Below, piece by piece: positions 9,166-18,483 of a DNA stretch of 64,000 nt. A program made the translations under genes and the position numbers. The notes under the pieces were generated by a model. It worked only from the letters and a program-made list of their open reading frames with translations, ran no database searches and was not told the DNA's origin. This stretch comes from Pseudomonadota bacterium (GTDB taxonomy: Bacteria; Pseudomonadota; Alphaproteobacteria; Kiloniellales; JACOMY01): assembly GCA_039819325.1 (NCBI GenBank), contig JBCBSF010000005.1, positions 10,317 through 74,316 of the forward strand, in the 5' to 3' direction. Numbering within the stretch: the stretch's first letter is position 1; each line of letters starts with the position of its first letter.

Positions 9166-10614
9166 TCAGGCGCGCCAGAAGCTGCGCGAGAAGAGCACGA
9201 TTACCACCAGGATCTCCAGCCGGCCCAGGTACATACCCGCCACCATCACCAGCTGGCTGCCGACCCCCAGCTCTGAGTAGTCGCCACGTGCGAACTCTGG
9301 ATCAACGAGCGAGGGGCCGACGTTGGCGAGTGCACTAGCGGTCACGGAGAGGGCATTGACCAGGGGTAGGCCGGTCATGCCGAGCAGCAAGGTCAAGGCC
9401 ATGTATGTAAAGGTGAAGAGCACGAAGTAGGCCAGGACCGCGTCTGCCACCGTCTCGGGGATCTGCCGGCGGCCCAGGTGAGCCAAGAACATGCCGTGCG
9501 GCCGCGTCAGGCGGCGCAGCTGTGCAAGCGCGAGCGCGACGAAGATCTGCACGCGGAAGAGCTTGATTCCGGACGAGGTGGAGCCGGCGGCGCCACCGAT
9601 CAGCATGAGGAACAGCAGGGTCGAGCGCGGCAGCGCGCCCCAGTCAGCCGTTTCCTCTACCCGAAAGCCGGTGCCGGTCATCATCGAGACGACGGTAAAG
9701 AAGGAGGTCCAGAGCGTGGCGCCGGCCTCATGCTGCAGCTCCAGCCAGCGCCAGAGCGCGATCAGTAGGGTGCCAGCGAGGAGGAAGCCCAGAAGCCAAC
9801 GCATCTGGCTGTCGCGGTAGAGGCTGAGCGGCTTACCGCGCACGGCCCGCAGCAACGCCACGAAGGGCAAGGCGCCGAGGATCATCAGCATGACCAGCAC
9901 CGCCTCCATCGTCGGGCTGGCGAAGTGGCCGATCGAGAGCTCGTGTGTCGAGAAGCCGCTGGTCGAGATCGCCGTCATGGCGTGCACAACGGCGTCCAAG
10001 AGCGGCATGCCCGCCAACATGAGCGCCGCCGCACCGAAGAGGGTCAGCAGCAGATAGAGCTCGATGATCCCCAGGCTCAGTTCCGCCACGCGTGGCATGA
10101 CCTGTTCAGATGCCGCGGCCTCCAGCCGGAAGAGCTGCATGCCGCCCACCTGCAGCACCGGCAGAAGCGCCAGGGCCATGACGATGATGCCGACGCCACC
10201 CAGCCAGCTGAGAAGCGCGCGCCAGAGCAGGATGCCAGGCGGCAGGTTATCGATGTCGTCCAGCACCGTGGCACCGGTGGTGGTGATGCCGGAGACCGAC
10301 TCGAAGAGGGCCTCCACCGGGGTGACGTCCAGTCCGGCGAAGAGAAAGGGCAAGGCCCCAAAGCAACCGATCGATAGCCAGCAGAGATTGGCGATGAGGA
10401 AGCCGTCGTGCAGGTTGATCGTCTTGACTTTCGGTCCTTGAGCAACCAGCAGCAAGAGCACGCCTACGAAGAGCGTCACCGCAGCCGCGCCCGCAAAGGC
10501 CTGCCAATCCGCATTGTCGACCGCCAGATCGGCGCCCGCCGGGACCAGCATGGCACAGGCCAGGATCGACAGACTGGCGCCGGTTGCGCGCAGGGCCGGG
10601 CTTAAGTGCAGCAC
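9166..10614 (-). CDS. trkH: TrkH-family potassium uptake protein
   Basis: 482 aa, polytopic, with repeated pore-loop motifs (TTTGATV, STSGFS, MMTGTGF, GSTSSGIK) characteristic of TrkH/KtrB. Confidence 0.85.
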   Translation of the reverse strand: MLHLSPALRATGASLSILACAMLVPAGADLAVDNADWQAFAGAAAVTLFVGVLLLLVAQGPKVKTINLHDGFLIANLCWLSIGCFGALPFLFAGLDVTPVEALFESVSGITTTGATVLDDIDNLPPGILLWRALLSWLGGVGIIVMALALLPVLQVGGMQLFRLEAAASEQVMPRVAELSLGIIELYLLLTLFGAAALMLAGMPLLDAVVHAMTAISTSGFSTHELSIGHFASPTMEAVLVMLMILGALPFVALLRAVRGKPLSLYRDSQMRWLLGFLLAGTLLIALWRWLELQHEAGATLWTSFFTVVSMMTGTGFRVEETADWGALPRSTLLFLMLIGGAAGSTSSGIKLFRVQIFVALALAQLRRLTRPHGMFLAHLGRRQIPETVADAVLAYFVLFTFTYMALTLLLGMTGLPLVNALSVTASALANVGPSLVDPEFARGDYSELGVGSQLVMVAGMYLGRLEILVVIVLFSRSFWRA

Positions 10615-10647
10615 GGCCGATCCCTTGTCCCGCGCGCCCTCATCTCC

Positions 10648-11262
10648 TCACACGGCCCGGCCCGGCGAGCTCTCACCGATCAAGGCCAGGAACTCGCGCC
10701 GGGTGGAGGGAGCGCTGCGGAAGAGGCCTAGCATACGGCTGGTCACCATGGTGACGCCCGCCTTGTGAACCCCGCGCGTGGTCATGCACTGATGCGCTGC
10801 CGCAACCACCACGGCCACACCCATGGGATCCAGGATCGACTGGATGGTGTTGGCAATCTGCGCCGCCATCTTCTCTTGGATCTGCAGGCGCCGGGCATAG
10901 GCGTCGACGACGCGTGCGAGCTTGCTGATTCCGACCACGCGTTTACGCGGCAGATAGCCGACATGCACGTGGCCGATGATGGGCAGCATGTGATGTTCGC
11001 AGTGCGACTCGAAGGGGATGTCGCGCAAGAGCACCATCTCATCATAGCCCTCGACCTCTTCGAAGGTCCGTTGCAGCAGAGCGTCGGGATCGATGGCATA
11101 GCCGGCGAAGTGCTCATCATAGGAGCGGACGACACGGTCTGGCGTGCCGAGCAGTCCCTCGCGCCCGGCATCGTCGCCGGCATAGCGGATCAGAGTTTCG
11201 ACGGCGGCCAAGGCGGCCTCGCGGGAAGGTCGGTCGGACAAGGGAGGTTCACTCTTTTTCAT
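10648..11262 (-). CDS. folE: GTP cyclohydrolase I
   Basis: [22 protein letters not shown] and HQCMTTRGV motifs. Start set to the ATG at 11262 (MKKSEPP), preceded by a purine-rich stretch. The upstream part of the track ORF is an Arg/Ser-rich shadow. Confidence 0.9.
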   Translation of the reverse strand: MKKSEPPLSDRPSREAALAAVETLIRYAGDDAGREGLLGTPDRVVRSYDEHFAGYAIDPDALLQRTFEEVEGYDEMVLLRDIPFESHCEHHMLPIIGHVHVGYLPRKRVVGISKLARVVDAYARRLQIQEKMAAQIANTIQSILDPMGVAVVVAAAHQCMTTRGVHKAGVTMVTSRMLGLFRSAPSTRREFLALIGESSPGRAV

Positions 11263-11308
11263 GGGGTAGCAGTGGGTACGGGCGCCGAGCAGCCGTCCAG
11301 CGACCTCG

Positions 11309-11713
11309 TCAGTTGACGCTTTTCGGCGCGAAAGGGCTGTCGAGGGAGAAGGCTGGGATCTCAGCCTCGAAGCCATGGCCGTCTTGCCAGACCATGCCAT
11401 AGCTGCCGCGCATGAAGCCGGAGGGCGTCGAGAGCGGTGCACCGCTGGTGTAGGAAAAGGCCTCTCCGGCCTGCAAGACAGGCTGCTCGCCAACGACACC
11501 CGGCCCCTTCACCACCTCCGTCTTGCCATTGGAATCGGTGATCAGCCAGGTGCGGTTGATCAGCTGAACCTGCACGTCGCCCAGGTTCTCGATCTCGACC
11601 CTGTAGGCCCAGACATAGTGATTGGCGTCCGGCGATGATTGGGCGTCAAGGTACTGCGGCTGCACCGTGATACGCACGCCCTGGGTCGTTTTGCTGTAGG
11701 CACCGCTTGTCAT
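11309..11713 (-). CDS. apaG: ApaG (DUF525) protein
   Basis: [29 protein letters not shown]...[18 protein letters not shown] is the ApaG signature. Start is at the internal ATG at 11713. Confidence 0.85.
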   Translation of the reverse strand: MTSGAYSKTTQGVRITVQPQYLDAQSSPDANHYVWAYRVEIENLGDVQVQLINRTWLITDSNGKTEVVKGPGVVGEQPVLQAGEAFSYTSGAPLSTPSGFMRGSYGMVWQDGHGFEAEIPAFSLDSPFAPKSVN

Positions 11714-11883
11714 GTTCTTGCGCCCCATCCCTGCTGCTTGCCGAGGGGCAGTCGCAAGGCCCAGCGGCGACGTGAAGCCTCTCGCGAAGACAGAGTGACT
11801 GCAAGGGACCACTTGCCCCAGGCAGAAGGGGCACAGGAAAAAAGAGCAGTGAGCCTGCGCTCACCGCCCTTTCGAAACGACAA

Positions 11884-11917
11884 AGGACGCCGCGCTCTTG
11901 TCGAACGCGGCGCCCCT
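11884..11917 (-). terminator. rho-independent terminator downstream of the OmpA-family gene
   Basis: GC-rich stem CGCCGCG (11888-11894) / CGCGGCG (11906-11912), followed on the minus strand by TTTGTCGTTT. Confidence 0.5.
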
Positions 11918-11967
11918 TGACTGAAGGTTTTCCTCTCCCCCCTCAGCGAGGAGGGATCAGGTCCAGG

Positions 11968-12792
11968 CTACTGGATCAGGATGACAGCGCGGCGGTTGGC
12001 CTGCTCGCGAACCCCATCGGGGGTCGGGACGGCCAGGTCGCTCTCACCACGGCCAGCGACCGAGATGTTGGCATCCGGAACACCGCGAGCCACCAGGGCA
12101 GATTTCACGGAGTTCGCACGGCGCAGCGAAAGCTGCAGGTTGTAGGCAGCCGAACCAGAGGTATCGGTGTAACCCGTCACAGCATACTCGCTGAGGCCCA
12201 TCTTGGAGGCAGCGGCGATGGCGTTGTCGACGGCGACCATACCGGCCGGGCTGACGACGTCACTATCCCACGCAAAGAAGATGGTGTAGGGCGAGGGGCC
12301 GGCAGCCGGGGTGCCCAAGAGGGCGTCCAGCTCGGTCATGGCGGCATAGAAGCCATCGCGGCAAGCGGCGATGTCGTCGGTCTGCCAACCCTCTTCCTGC
12401 TGCTCGATCCAGCAGTCGTAGCGGCCCTGAGCGTGCGCGGCGATGGCCGGGAAGCGCTCGCGAGCACCCTGATCGAAAACGCCCTCAAGACGCTGGCGAC
12501 CGGTGATCAGCTCCTGACGGGCTTCCGGATCGGCGATGCTCCAGTCGGAGACCAGCTCCGGCGGAACCTCTTCGCCCTGCGCGGCCATCAGGCCCTTGGC
12601 GGCGAAGTAGGATGCATCGATCCAGTCATACATCTCGTCGGCCTCAAAGGCGACGATCTCACGGTACTCTTCGGTGAGTGCCTTGGTGAACGGAGATCCG
12701 ACCGGCTGAACCGTCCGCATCTCGTCAATGTCGTAGGCACAGCCGCCCAAAAGGGCGAGCGCCGCGACCGCTCCGACAATCTTGTGGGCCAT
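11968..12792 (-). CDS. OmpA-family lipoprotein (peptidoglycan-associated)
   Basis: Lipobox LLGGC near the N-terminus. C-terminal OmpA-like domain (GYTDTSGSAAYNLQLSLRRANSV...NRRAVI). Confidence 0.8.
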   Translation of the reverse strand: MAHKIVGAVAALALLGGCAYDIDEMRTVQPVGSPFTKALTEEYREIVAFEADEMYDWIDASYFAAKGLMAAQGEEVPPELVSDWSIADPEARQELITGRQRLEGVFDQGARERFPAIAAHAQGRYDCWIEQQEEGWQTDDIAACRDGFYAAMTELDALLGTPAAGPSPYTIFFAWDSDVVSPAGMVAVDNAIAAASKMGLSEYAVTGYTDTSGSAAYNLQLSLRRANSVKSALVARGVPDANISVAGRGESDLAVPTPDGVREQANRRAVILIQ

Positions 12793-13042
12793 TAAATCCC
12801 TCCTTCGCCTCTCGTCCTTCAGACGGTCTCAACAGCGGCCTTACGCAGAAGGCCTTTAAGAAGTTTCACGGGGCACTAGGCACGCAGGCCCCCGCCCAGT
12901 GCCCTCTCATGTCCGTAACGCACCTTAGAAAGCCCACTCCCTCCTGTCAAAAGCAGCGAAGAGCCCGAAAGCGCAGAACCCGCGGTATCACACCCGCGTG
13001 TGCCGTTTGTGCCACAGTCTCGGAAGGCTATCAACTGCTCGT

Positions 13043-13711
13043 TTATGTATTTTGTTGGACAAACGCCAGTTCTACTTGCTGTTCTGCCAGCGCTTCGGCA
13101 TCGGCTTGGTCGTGGGTTACCAGCAGGGCCGGAAGGCCACGCTCGCGCAGAATCGCCGCCACAAAGCTGCGCATTTCCTGGCGCAGGCCAGCGTCAAGGC
13201 TGGCGAAGGCCTCGTCCAGCAGCAGCGCGCGGGGCTCTGCCAGCAGGCTGCGCATGAGGGCCACACGCGCGCGCTGGCCGCCTGACAGGGTGGCCGGATC
13301 GCGCTTGCCGTAGCCGGGCAGGCGAATCTGGGCCAGCGCCTCTTCGATGGCCGCGGCACGTTCGCCCTTGCCGCGGCGGCCCGCTGCGGCACTAAGGCCA
13401 AAGGCCAGGTTCTCGGCGACGCTCAGGTGCGGCAGCAGCAAGGGATCTTGGAAGATGAGGCCCAGCTTGCGGCGCTCCGGCGGCAGCTGCAGAAGGGGGA
13501 TCGACTCGATCCAGGCCTCACCGCTGACGGTGAAGGGGCCGCTCAGCAAACCGCAGAGTGCCAGAAGCAGCGAAGACTTGCCGCAGCCGGAGGGCCCGAC
13601 GATGGCCGCGACTCTGCCTGGCGGCACGGTGAGGGTGACCGGCGCGAAGAGCGGCTCTCCCCGCAGCGCCAGGCTTAGGGCCTCGAGACGCAGTCCCTCG
13701 CCGCCAGTCAT
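13043..13711 (-). CDS. ABC transporter ATP-binding protein (YnjD-like, short form)
   Basis: Walker A GPSGCGKSS, signature LSGGQRARV, Walker B LLLDEAF. 222 aa with no extra C-terminal domain. 4-nt overlap with the permease gene. Confidence 0.8.
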   Translation of the reverse strand: MTGGEGLRLEALSLALRGEPLFAPVTLTVPPGRVAAIVGPSGCGKSSLLLALCGLLSGPFTVSGEAWIESIPLLQLPPERRKLGLIFQDPLLLPHLSVAENLAFGLSAAAGRRGKGERAAAIEEALAQIRLPGYGKRDPATLSGGQRARVALMRSLLAEPRALLLDEAFASLDAGLRQEMRSFVAAILRERGLPALLVTHDQADAEALAEQQVELAFVQQNT

Positions 13712-15366
13712 GGCAAGAAGCGGCGTTTGCGGCCGAGACGGATGGCCAGCGCGATGGCGAGCAGCGGCACCAAGGCCTGCAGCAGGGCGGTGACAGCCAA
13801 GAGCCGGCGATCGCCCCCTCCAGAGAGAGCGACCGCCTCGCTGGCCAAGGTGACGACTCGGCCCCCACCCAGCAGCACCGTGGGCAGGTAGAGGGCGAAG
13901 GAGACGGCCAGACCCACGGCGGCTGCGGTCAAGAGCGGTGCGCGTAGCAGCGGCAGGGTAACGGTAAAGAAGACCCGCCAGGGGCCCTTGCCCAGGCTAA
14001 TCGCCTGTTGGTGATAGCGCCGGTCCAGCCCGCGATGCGGTCCGGCGAGCGTGAGATAGACGTAGGGCAGCACGAAGAGCAGGTGTCCCCAAAGAACGAA
14101 GAACCAGGGTGCTGCAATACCGCTCTGCAAGGCCGCCACCGCCGCGCCGAAGAGGAAGGCGATCTGTGGCACCAGAAGCGGCAAGGCCAGGACCGGCAGC
14201 AGCCAGGGCTCGGCCGCCCTTTGTCTTGCCGGCCGGCGCGACTCCAGGAGCGCGAAGGCTAGAAGCAGCGCGATAGCGGTGCTGCAGAGCGCCAAGGCAA
14301 GACTCTGCCCCGTCAGTAGTGCCACGCTCTCGCCTTGCCGCTGCCAGGTCTCAAGACTCCAGACCGGCAGCAGATCGGGAAAGCGCCAACGCGCGGCAAA
14401 GGACCAGACAAACAGAACCAGAAGCGCCAGCAGGGTCAGGGCGAGCAGGGGCGGTAGCGCCAACCAAAGGCCTGCCGGCAGAAGCAAACGCCCCTGCCCT
14501 CGCCGGCCATCGGCCGCCAGCCTGCGGGCGAGGCGGCCCAAGCCAAGCGCCAAGCCCCAAGTTAGAGCCAAGGCAAAGAGCACGATTCCCAGCTGCAGTA
14601 AGGCCGCCGCCGAGCCCAGAAAGCGCTGCGCCAGGTCCGGGTCGCGGAACCAGTCGAGGATCAAGATGGCCAAGGTCGGCGGGGTGTTGGGTCCCAGGAT
14701 CACCGCCATCTCCACATTGGCGACTCCATAGCTCAGCACCGCGGCCAGAGGCAGGCGGAGAGCCCGCAGGAGGTCCGGCAGGACCGTCTTTAGCCAAGCG
14801 GTGACCGGGTGATAGCCAAGGCTGCGCGCCATCGCCAGGCGCCACTCCTCATCCAGGCGCGGCAGGGCGGCCAGCGCCATCAGCAGCAGAAAGGGGGTCT
14901 CCTTGGCAACCAGGCCCAGGATCAGGCTGAGGCCCAGGTCGTCTTGCGGAAAGGCAAGATCCGGCGGCCGCTCCCAGCCGCTGGGCCAGGGCGAGACAAA
15001 GCGCACCAGCCAGCCACTGGGCATGATCAGGAAGGTCAGGCCCACCGCCAGGGCGATGTGCGGCACGGCCACCAAAGGCGCCAGCAGGGCCTGCAGGCCG
15101 CGGCGTAGCCAAAGCGGGCCGGCGGCAAGAAGGGCGATCACCAGGCAAAGCGAGAGGAGTGTGGCGAGAAGCCCGCTGGAGAGACCCAGCAGCGCCGCAG
15201 TCCAGAGCCCCGGCTCGGCGAAGAGCTGACGCCAGGGGTCGAGCGTCAGGGACTCGCCGCCCAGCGCCGGGAGATAGCCAAAAGCAGGCAGAACGACTCC
15301 AACCAGCCCCAAGAGCACCGGCGCTCCCAGGAGCAGAACGACCACCGCACCAACTGCACCCCCCAT
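13708..15366 (-). CDS. ABC transporter permease, duplicated (two-module) type (YnjC/ThiP-like)
   Basis: 552 aa and highly hydrophobic, the size of fused double permeases. Sits in an operon with an SBP and an ATPase. Confidence 0.8.
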   Translation of the reverse strand: MGGAVGAVVVLLLGAPVLLGLVGVVLPAFGYLPALGGESLTLDPWRQLFAEPGLWTAALLGLSSGLLATLLSLCLVIALLAAGPLWLRRGLQALLAPLVAVPHIALAVGLTFLIMPSGWLVRFVSPWPSGWERPPDLAFPQDDLGLSLILGLVAKETPFLLLMALAALPRLDEEWRLAMARSLGYHPVTAWLKTVLPDLLRALRLPLAAVLSYGVANVEMAVILGPNTPPTLAILILDWFRDPDLAQRFLGSAAALLQLGIVLFALALTWGLALGLGRLARRLAADGRRGQGRLLLPAGLWLALPPLLALTLLALLVLFVWSFAARWRFPDLLPVWSLETWQRQGESVALLTGQSLALALCSTAIALLLAFALLESRRPARQRAAEPWLLPVLALPLLVPQIAFLFGAAVAALQSGIAAPWFFVLWGHLLFVLPYVYLTLAGPHRGLDRRYHQQAISLGKGPWRVFFTVTLPLLRAPLLTAAAVGLAVSFALYLPTVLLGGGRVVTLASEAVALSGGGDRRLLAVTALLQALVPLLAIALAIRLGRKRRFLP

Positions 15367-15399
15367 GCCTTGCCCTAACTAGCGCCCGCCCGGCCAGGG

Positions 15400-16626
15400 C
15401 TAGCGGCCGTAGCGGCTGGTCCAGGCGGCCTCTAGGGCGCTTGTCCAGGCGGGGTGGGGCTCTGGGAGGCTGGGGGCGGAGGCACCGGGGGTCAGGGGTT
15501 GCGGCGGGCTCGCCAGACTTTCGAAGCGGGCGCGCTCAGCCGGGGTTAGGGCGGCGAGAGCGAGGATGGTGGGATCGCCCCAGAGCTGCGGGTCGGCCTT
15601 GCGGGCCTGGGCTTCAGACGAGATCAGGAAGTTGATCGCCACCAGGGCGCCGGCCTTGGCGCGGGCGTTGTAAGGGATGGCCAGGAAGTGGCTGTTGCCC
15701 AAGGTCCCGCCGTCGAAGAGGTAGGACTCGGTGCTGGCCGGGAAGAGGCCGGTGGCGATGCCGGACTGCAGGTCACCGGGGTTGAAGGAGAAGGCGAAGT
15801 CGAGCTCGCCGTCGGCCAGCATCTGCTGCTGCGCCGGTCCGCTGGTTGGATAGCTGGAGCCACCACGCCAGAGCAGCGGGGTGAGCTGGTCGAGGAAATC
15901 CCAGAGCGGTGCCGCAGCGGCGTCGAAGGCCGCCTGATCGGCCGGCGGCTTCTCCAAAATGCTGGGATCGGGGGTCAGGGTGATCAGGCCCTGCTTCAAG
16001 AAGGTGGTGCCCATGAAGTCGGGTGGCCGGGGGTAGGTCAGGCGCCGCGGGTGCTCCTTGGCCCAGTCCAGAAAGCCGGCGAAGCGGGGCGGTGGTGCGC
16101 TCACCTGGTCGGAATCGTAGAGGATATTGAACTGCGCCCGGCCCCAGGGTGCTTCCAGCCCGTCGGTGGGGATGGTGAAGTCCACCAGGGCGGTGGGGTT
16201 GTCGACAAGGTCCACCAGCCGCCAGTTGGGCAGCGCCGAGGTGAAGGGGCCAAAGAGGAGGTCATTGGCCTTCATGGCGGCGAAGTTCTCGCCATTGATC
16301 CAGATGAGGTCGATGGCCCCGTCGCTATCCTGCCCGGCGGTGCGTTCGGCCAGCACCCGGGTGACGGCGTCGGCGACGTCGCTGATCTTCACCTGGATGA
16401 GCTCGACCCCATGGCGCTCCATCAAGGTCTGGCCGGCCCAAGCGATGTAGTCGTTGATTCGCCGGTCGCCGCCCCAAGCGTTGAAGTAGACCTGCTGCCC
16501 CCGCGCCGCGGCGGCCACGCTGTCCCAGTCAGACAGATCGAAGGCGTCGGCGCGTGCCTGGGGCGCCATGGCAAGGGCGGCCAACCCGGCCGAGCCGGCT
16601 AGGATCTGTCTGCGGGAAAGGCGCAT
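15400..16626 (-). CDS. periplasmic substrate-binding protein (YnjB-like)
   Basis: 408 aa with a Tat/Sec-type signal (RRQILAGSAGLAALAMAPQARA). YFNAWGGD...IDLIWINGENF resembles the YnjB family. Substrate unknown. Confidence 0.7.
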   Translation of the reverse strand: MRLSRRQILAGSAGLAALAMAPQARADAFDLSDWDSVAAAARGQQVYFNAWGGDRRINDYIAWAGQTLMERHGVELIQVKISDVADAVTRVLAERTAGQDSDGAIDLIWINGENFAAMKANDLLFGPFTSALPNWRLVDLVDNPTALVDFTIPTDGLEAPWGRAQFNILYDSDQVSAPPPRFAGFLDWAKEHPRRLTYPRPPDFMGTTFLKQGLITLTPDPSILEKPPADQAAFDAAAAPLWDFLDQLTPLLWRGGSSYPTSGPAQQQMLADGELDFAFSFNPGDLQSGIATGLFPASTESYLFDGGTLGNSHFLAIPYNARAKAGALVAINFLISSEAQARKADPQLWGDPTILALAALTPAERARFESLASPPQPLTPGASAPSLPEPHPAWTSALEAAWTSRYGR

Positions 16627-17219
16627 CAGGTGACGGCCCCAAAGGTCAGTGCAGCCTCGGGCAGCGGTTTGTCGAGGATCACGGCCAGGGTGGTCCAGTG
16701 CATGACCTCATCGGCAGCGATGCGGGCGGCGAACTGCCCGAAGAGCGGGTCGGAGAAGCGCGGCAGGACCTGGATGTAGGCGTTGGCGGCCGCCTGCTCC
16801 AAGCCGAAGGCCAGGTCGAGCACATCGGCGCCGGAGGCGATCAGGTCCAGCTGCAAGCGGTCTGCGTAGACGCTGTCGGATTCCGGCGCCACCGGCTGGC
16901 CGCCAATGCGCTCCACCGTGCGGATCAGCAGATCGCGGTGGCGTTCATGGTGGCCCAGGAAGAGCTCCGCCAGCTTTACGCCTTGCGAGGTGAGCAAGCC
17001 GGTGCCGGCGCCGGCCTGGTAGGCGAAGACGCCCTCATACTCCAGCGCCAGGGCAGCGTTCAGCAGGTCGGCATCTTGGCTTGTGTCCTGGTCGCTCACC
17101 TGGGCGGCCCCGGCCTCCGTCTGGCAGCCGGCGAGCAGCGCTACGGCGGCGCCGGAAAGAAGCAGGCCGCCACCTTGCATGAGCCGCCGGCGTTCTGAAC
17201 TGGGCTGATCCTTTGTCAT
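16626..17219 (-). CDS. Tat-exported ferritin-like domain protein
   Basis: Twin-arginine signal (ERRRLMQGGGLLLSGAAVALLAGC), followed by a four-helix ferritin-like pattern (LNAALALEYEGVFAYQ ... GLEQAAANAYI ... IAADEVMHW). Its stop overlaps the SBP start (TGATG). Confidence 0.65.
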   Translation of the reverse strand: MTKDQPSSERRRLMQGGGLLLSGAAVALLAGCQTEAGAAQVSDQDTSQDADLLNAALALEYEGVFAYQAGAGTGLLTSQGVKLAELFLGHHERHRDLLIRTVERIGGQPVAPESDSVYADRLQLDLIASGADVLDLAFGLEQAAANAYIQVLPRFSDPLFGQFAARIAADEVMHWTTLAVILDKPLPEAALTFGAVT

Positions 17220-17340
17220 GGCTTTCGGCGCTCCTCTCCTACCCCTTTGTCCCCACCATCCGCTCTTGCGGTGCTGAACACCAGGAGACTATACCTGGGC
17301 GATGGCTCGGTGATGACACAGCATCGCGAGCTGCCGTGCT

Positions 17341-17414
17341 GCGGGTGTAGCTCAATGGCAGAGCAGAAGCTTCCCAAGCTTACGACGAGGGTTCGATTCC
17401 CTTCACCCGCTCCA
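17341..17414 (+). tRNA. tRNA-Gly (anticodon CCC)
   Basis: A 74-nt cloverleaf folded by hand. Acceptor GCGGGTG/CACCCGC, D-arm GCTC/GAGC, anticodon loop TTCCCAA, T-arm GAGGG-TTCGATT-CCCTT, encoded CCA. Confidence 0.9.
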
Positions 17415-18483
17415 CCGACCCCGTCCCCATGAAGGCATCCAGGCTGCGCTCCAGCTGCGCCGGCTCCAGGTCGCGCGCGATGACGACCAGCCGGGTGCGG
17501 CGGTCCAGGTCCGGCCAGGCCTCCAGCAAGACCGGTGGGTGGAAGAGATGCTGCACGCCGTGGATGGCGATGGGTGCCTCTTCGCCGACAGCATTGACCA
17601 AGCCCTTGATGCGCAAGAGCTTGTCGCCGTTGGTGAGGATCATGGTCTCCAGCCAGGTGGAGAGCTTGTCCCAGGCGACAGGCTGATCGCGGGTGATGCA
17701 AAAGGCCTTGATGCCGCTGTCGTGCCGCAGGTCAGGGTGGTGGTGGTGATGCTCATGACCGTGGTCATGATGGTGGTGACCATCCGCGGCAGAGGGATAG
17801 GCCTCAGCCGCCAGCCAGCGGCGGGCCTGCAGGCTCTTGGTCTCGGCGTTGTAGAGGCCGGCATTGAAGAGTTTCTTCGGGTCCAGTTGCCCTTGCTCCA
17901 CCTCGTAGATCGGTGCTGCCGGGTTCAGCGCCCGGACCTGTGCGGTGAGCGCTGCCAGAGCCTCGGCGGTGACCAAATCCGGCTTGGTGATCAGCAAGCG
18001 GTCGGCAAGCGCCGCCTGTTTCTCCGCCTCCGCTTCGCGTTGCAGTAGGCCCGGCGCGTTGACCGCGTCCAAGGTCGCGACCACGCCGTCCAGGCGATAG
18101 AAGAAGCTGACCATGGGATCGCGGATCAGCGTGTGCAGGATCGGCGCCGGGTCTGCCAGGCCCGTGGTCTCGATCACCACCCGGGTGAAGGGCGGCACGG
18201 CCCCCTGCTCGCGCTTGAAGGCAAGATCGCGCAGGCCCGCGACCAGGTCGTCACGCACCGTGCAGCAGAGGCAGCCGCCGTCCAGGATCAAGGTGCTCTC
18301 ATCCACCGTCTTCACCAGGTGATGATCCAGCGGGATCTCACCCAGTTCGTTGACGATGACGGCCATCTGCTCGGCGCCAGGGGCGGCGATCAAGGCTTTC
18401 AGCAGCGTGGTCTTGCCACTGCCCAGGAAGCCGGTCAGGACCGTGACCGGAAGCGGCTCCTCGAGGGGTTCGGGGGTGCTCAT
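17380..18483 (-). CDS. COG0523-family (CobW/ZigA-like) metallochaperone GTPase with His-rich insert
   Basis: P-loop GFLGSGKTTLL, the CxCC metal motif (GGCLCCT), a His-rich tract DGHHHHDHGHEHHHHH and a CobW C-terminal domain. The ATG at 18483 overlaps the ctaA stop (ATGA). The upstream 330 aa of the 699-aa track ORF is an out-of-frame shadow of ctaA. Confidence 0.85.
   Translation of the reverse strand: MSTPEPLEEPLPVTVLTGFLGSGKTTLLKALIAAPGAEQMAVIVNELGEIPLDHHLVKTVDESTLILDGGCLCCTVRDDLVAGLRDLAFKREQGAVPPFTRVVIETTGLADPAPILHTLIRDPMVSFFYRLDGVVATLDAVNAPGLLQREAEAEKQAALADRLLITKPDLVTAEALAALTAQVRALNPAAPIYEVEQGQLDPKKLFNAGLYNAETKSLQARRWLAAEAYPSAADGHHHHDHGHEHHHHHPDLRHDSGIKAFCITRDQPVAWDKLSTWLETMILTNGDKLLRIKGLVNAVGEEAPIAIHGVQHLFHPPVLLEAWPDLDRRTRLVVIARDLEPAQLERSLDAFMGTGSVERVKGIEPSS

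Noticed and set aside
10648-11812. Long forms of the folE (283 aa) and apaG (167 aa) ORFs
   Set aside because: The N-terminal extensions are Arg/Ser/Pro-rich, overlap the neighbouring gene or intergenic region, and precede internal ATGs that give canonical protein lengths.
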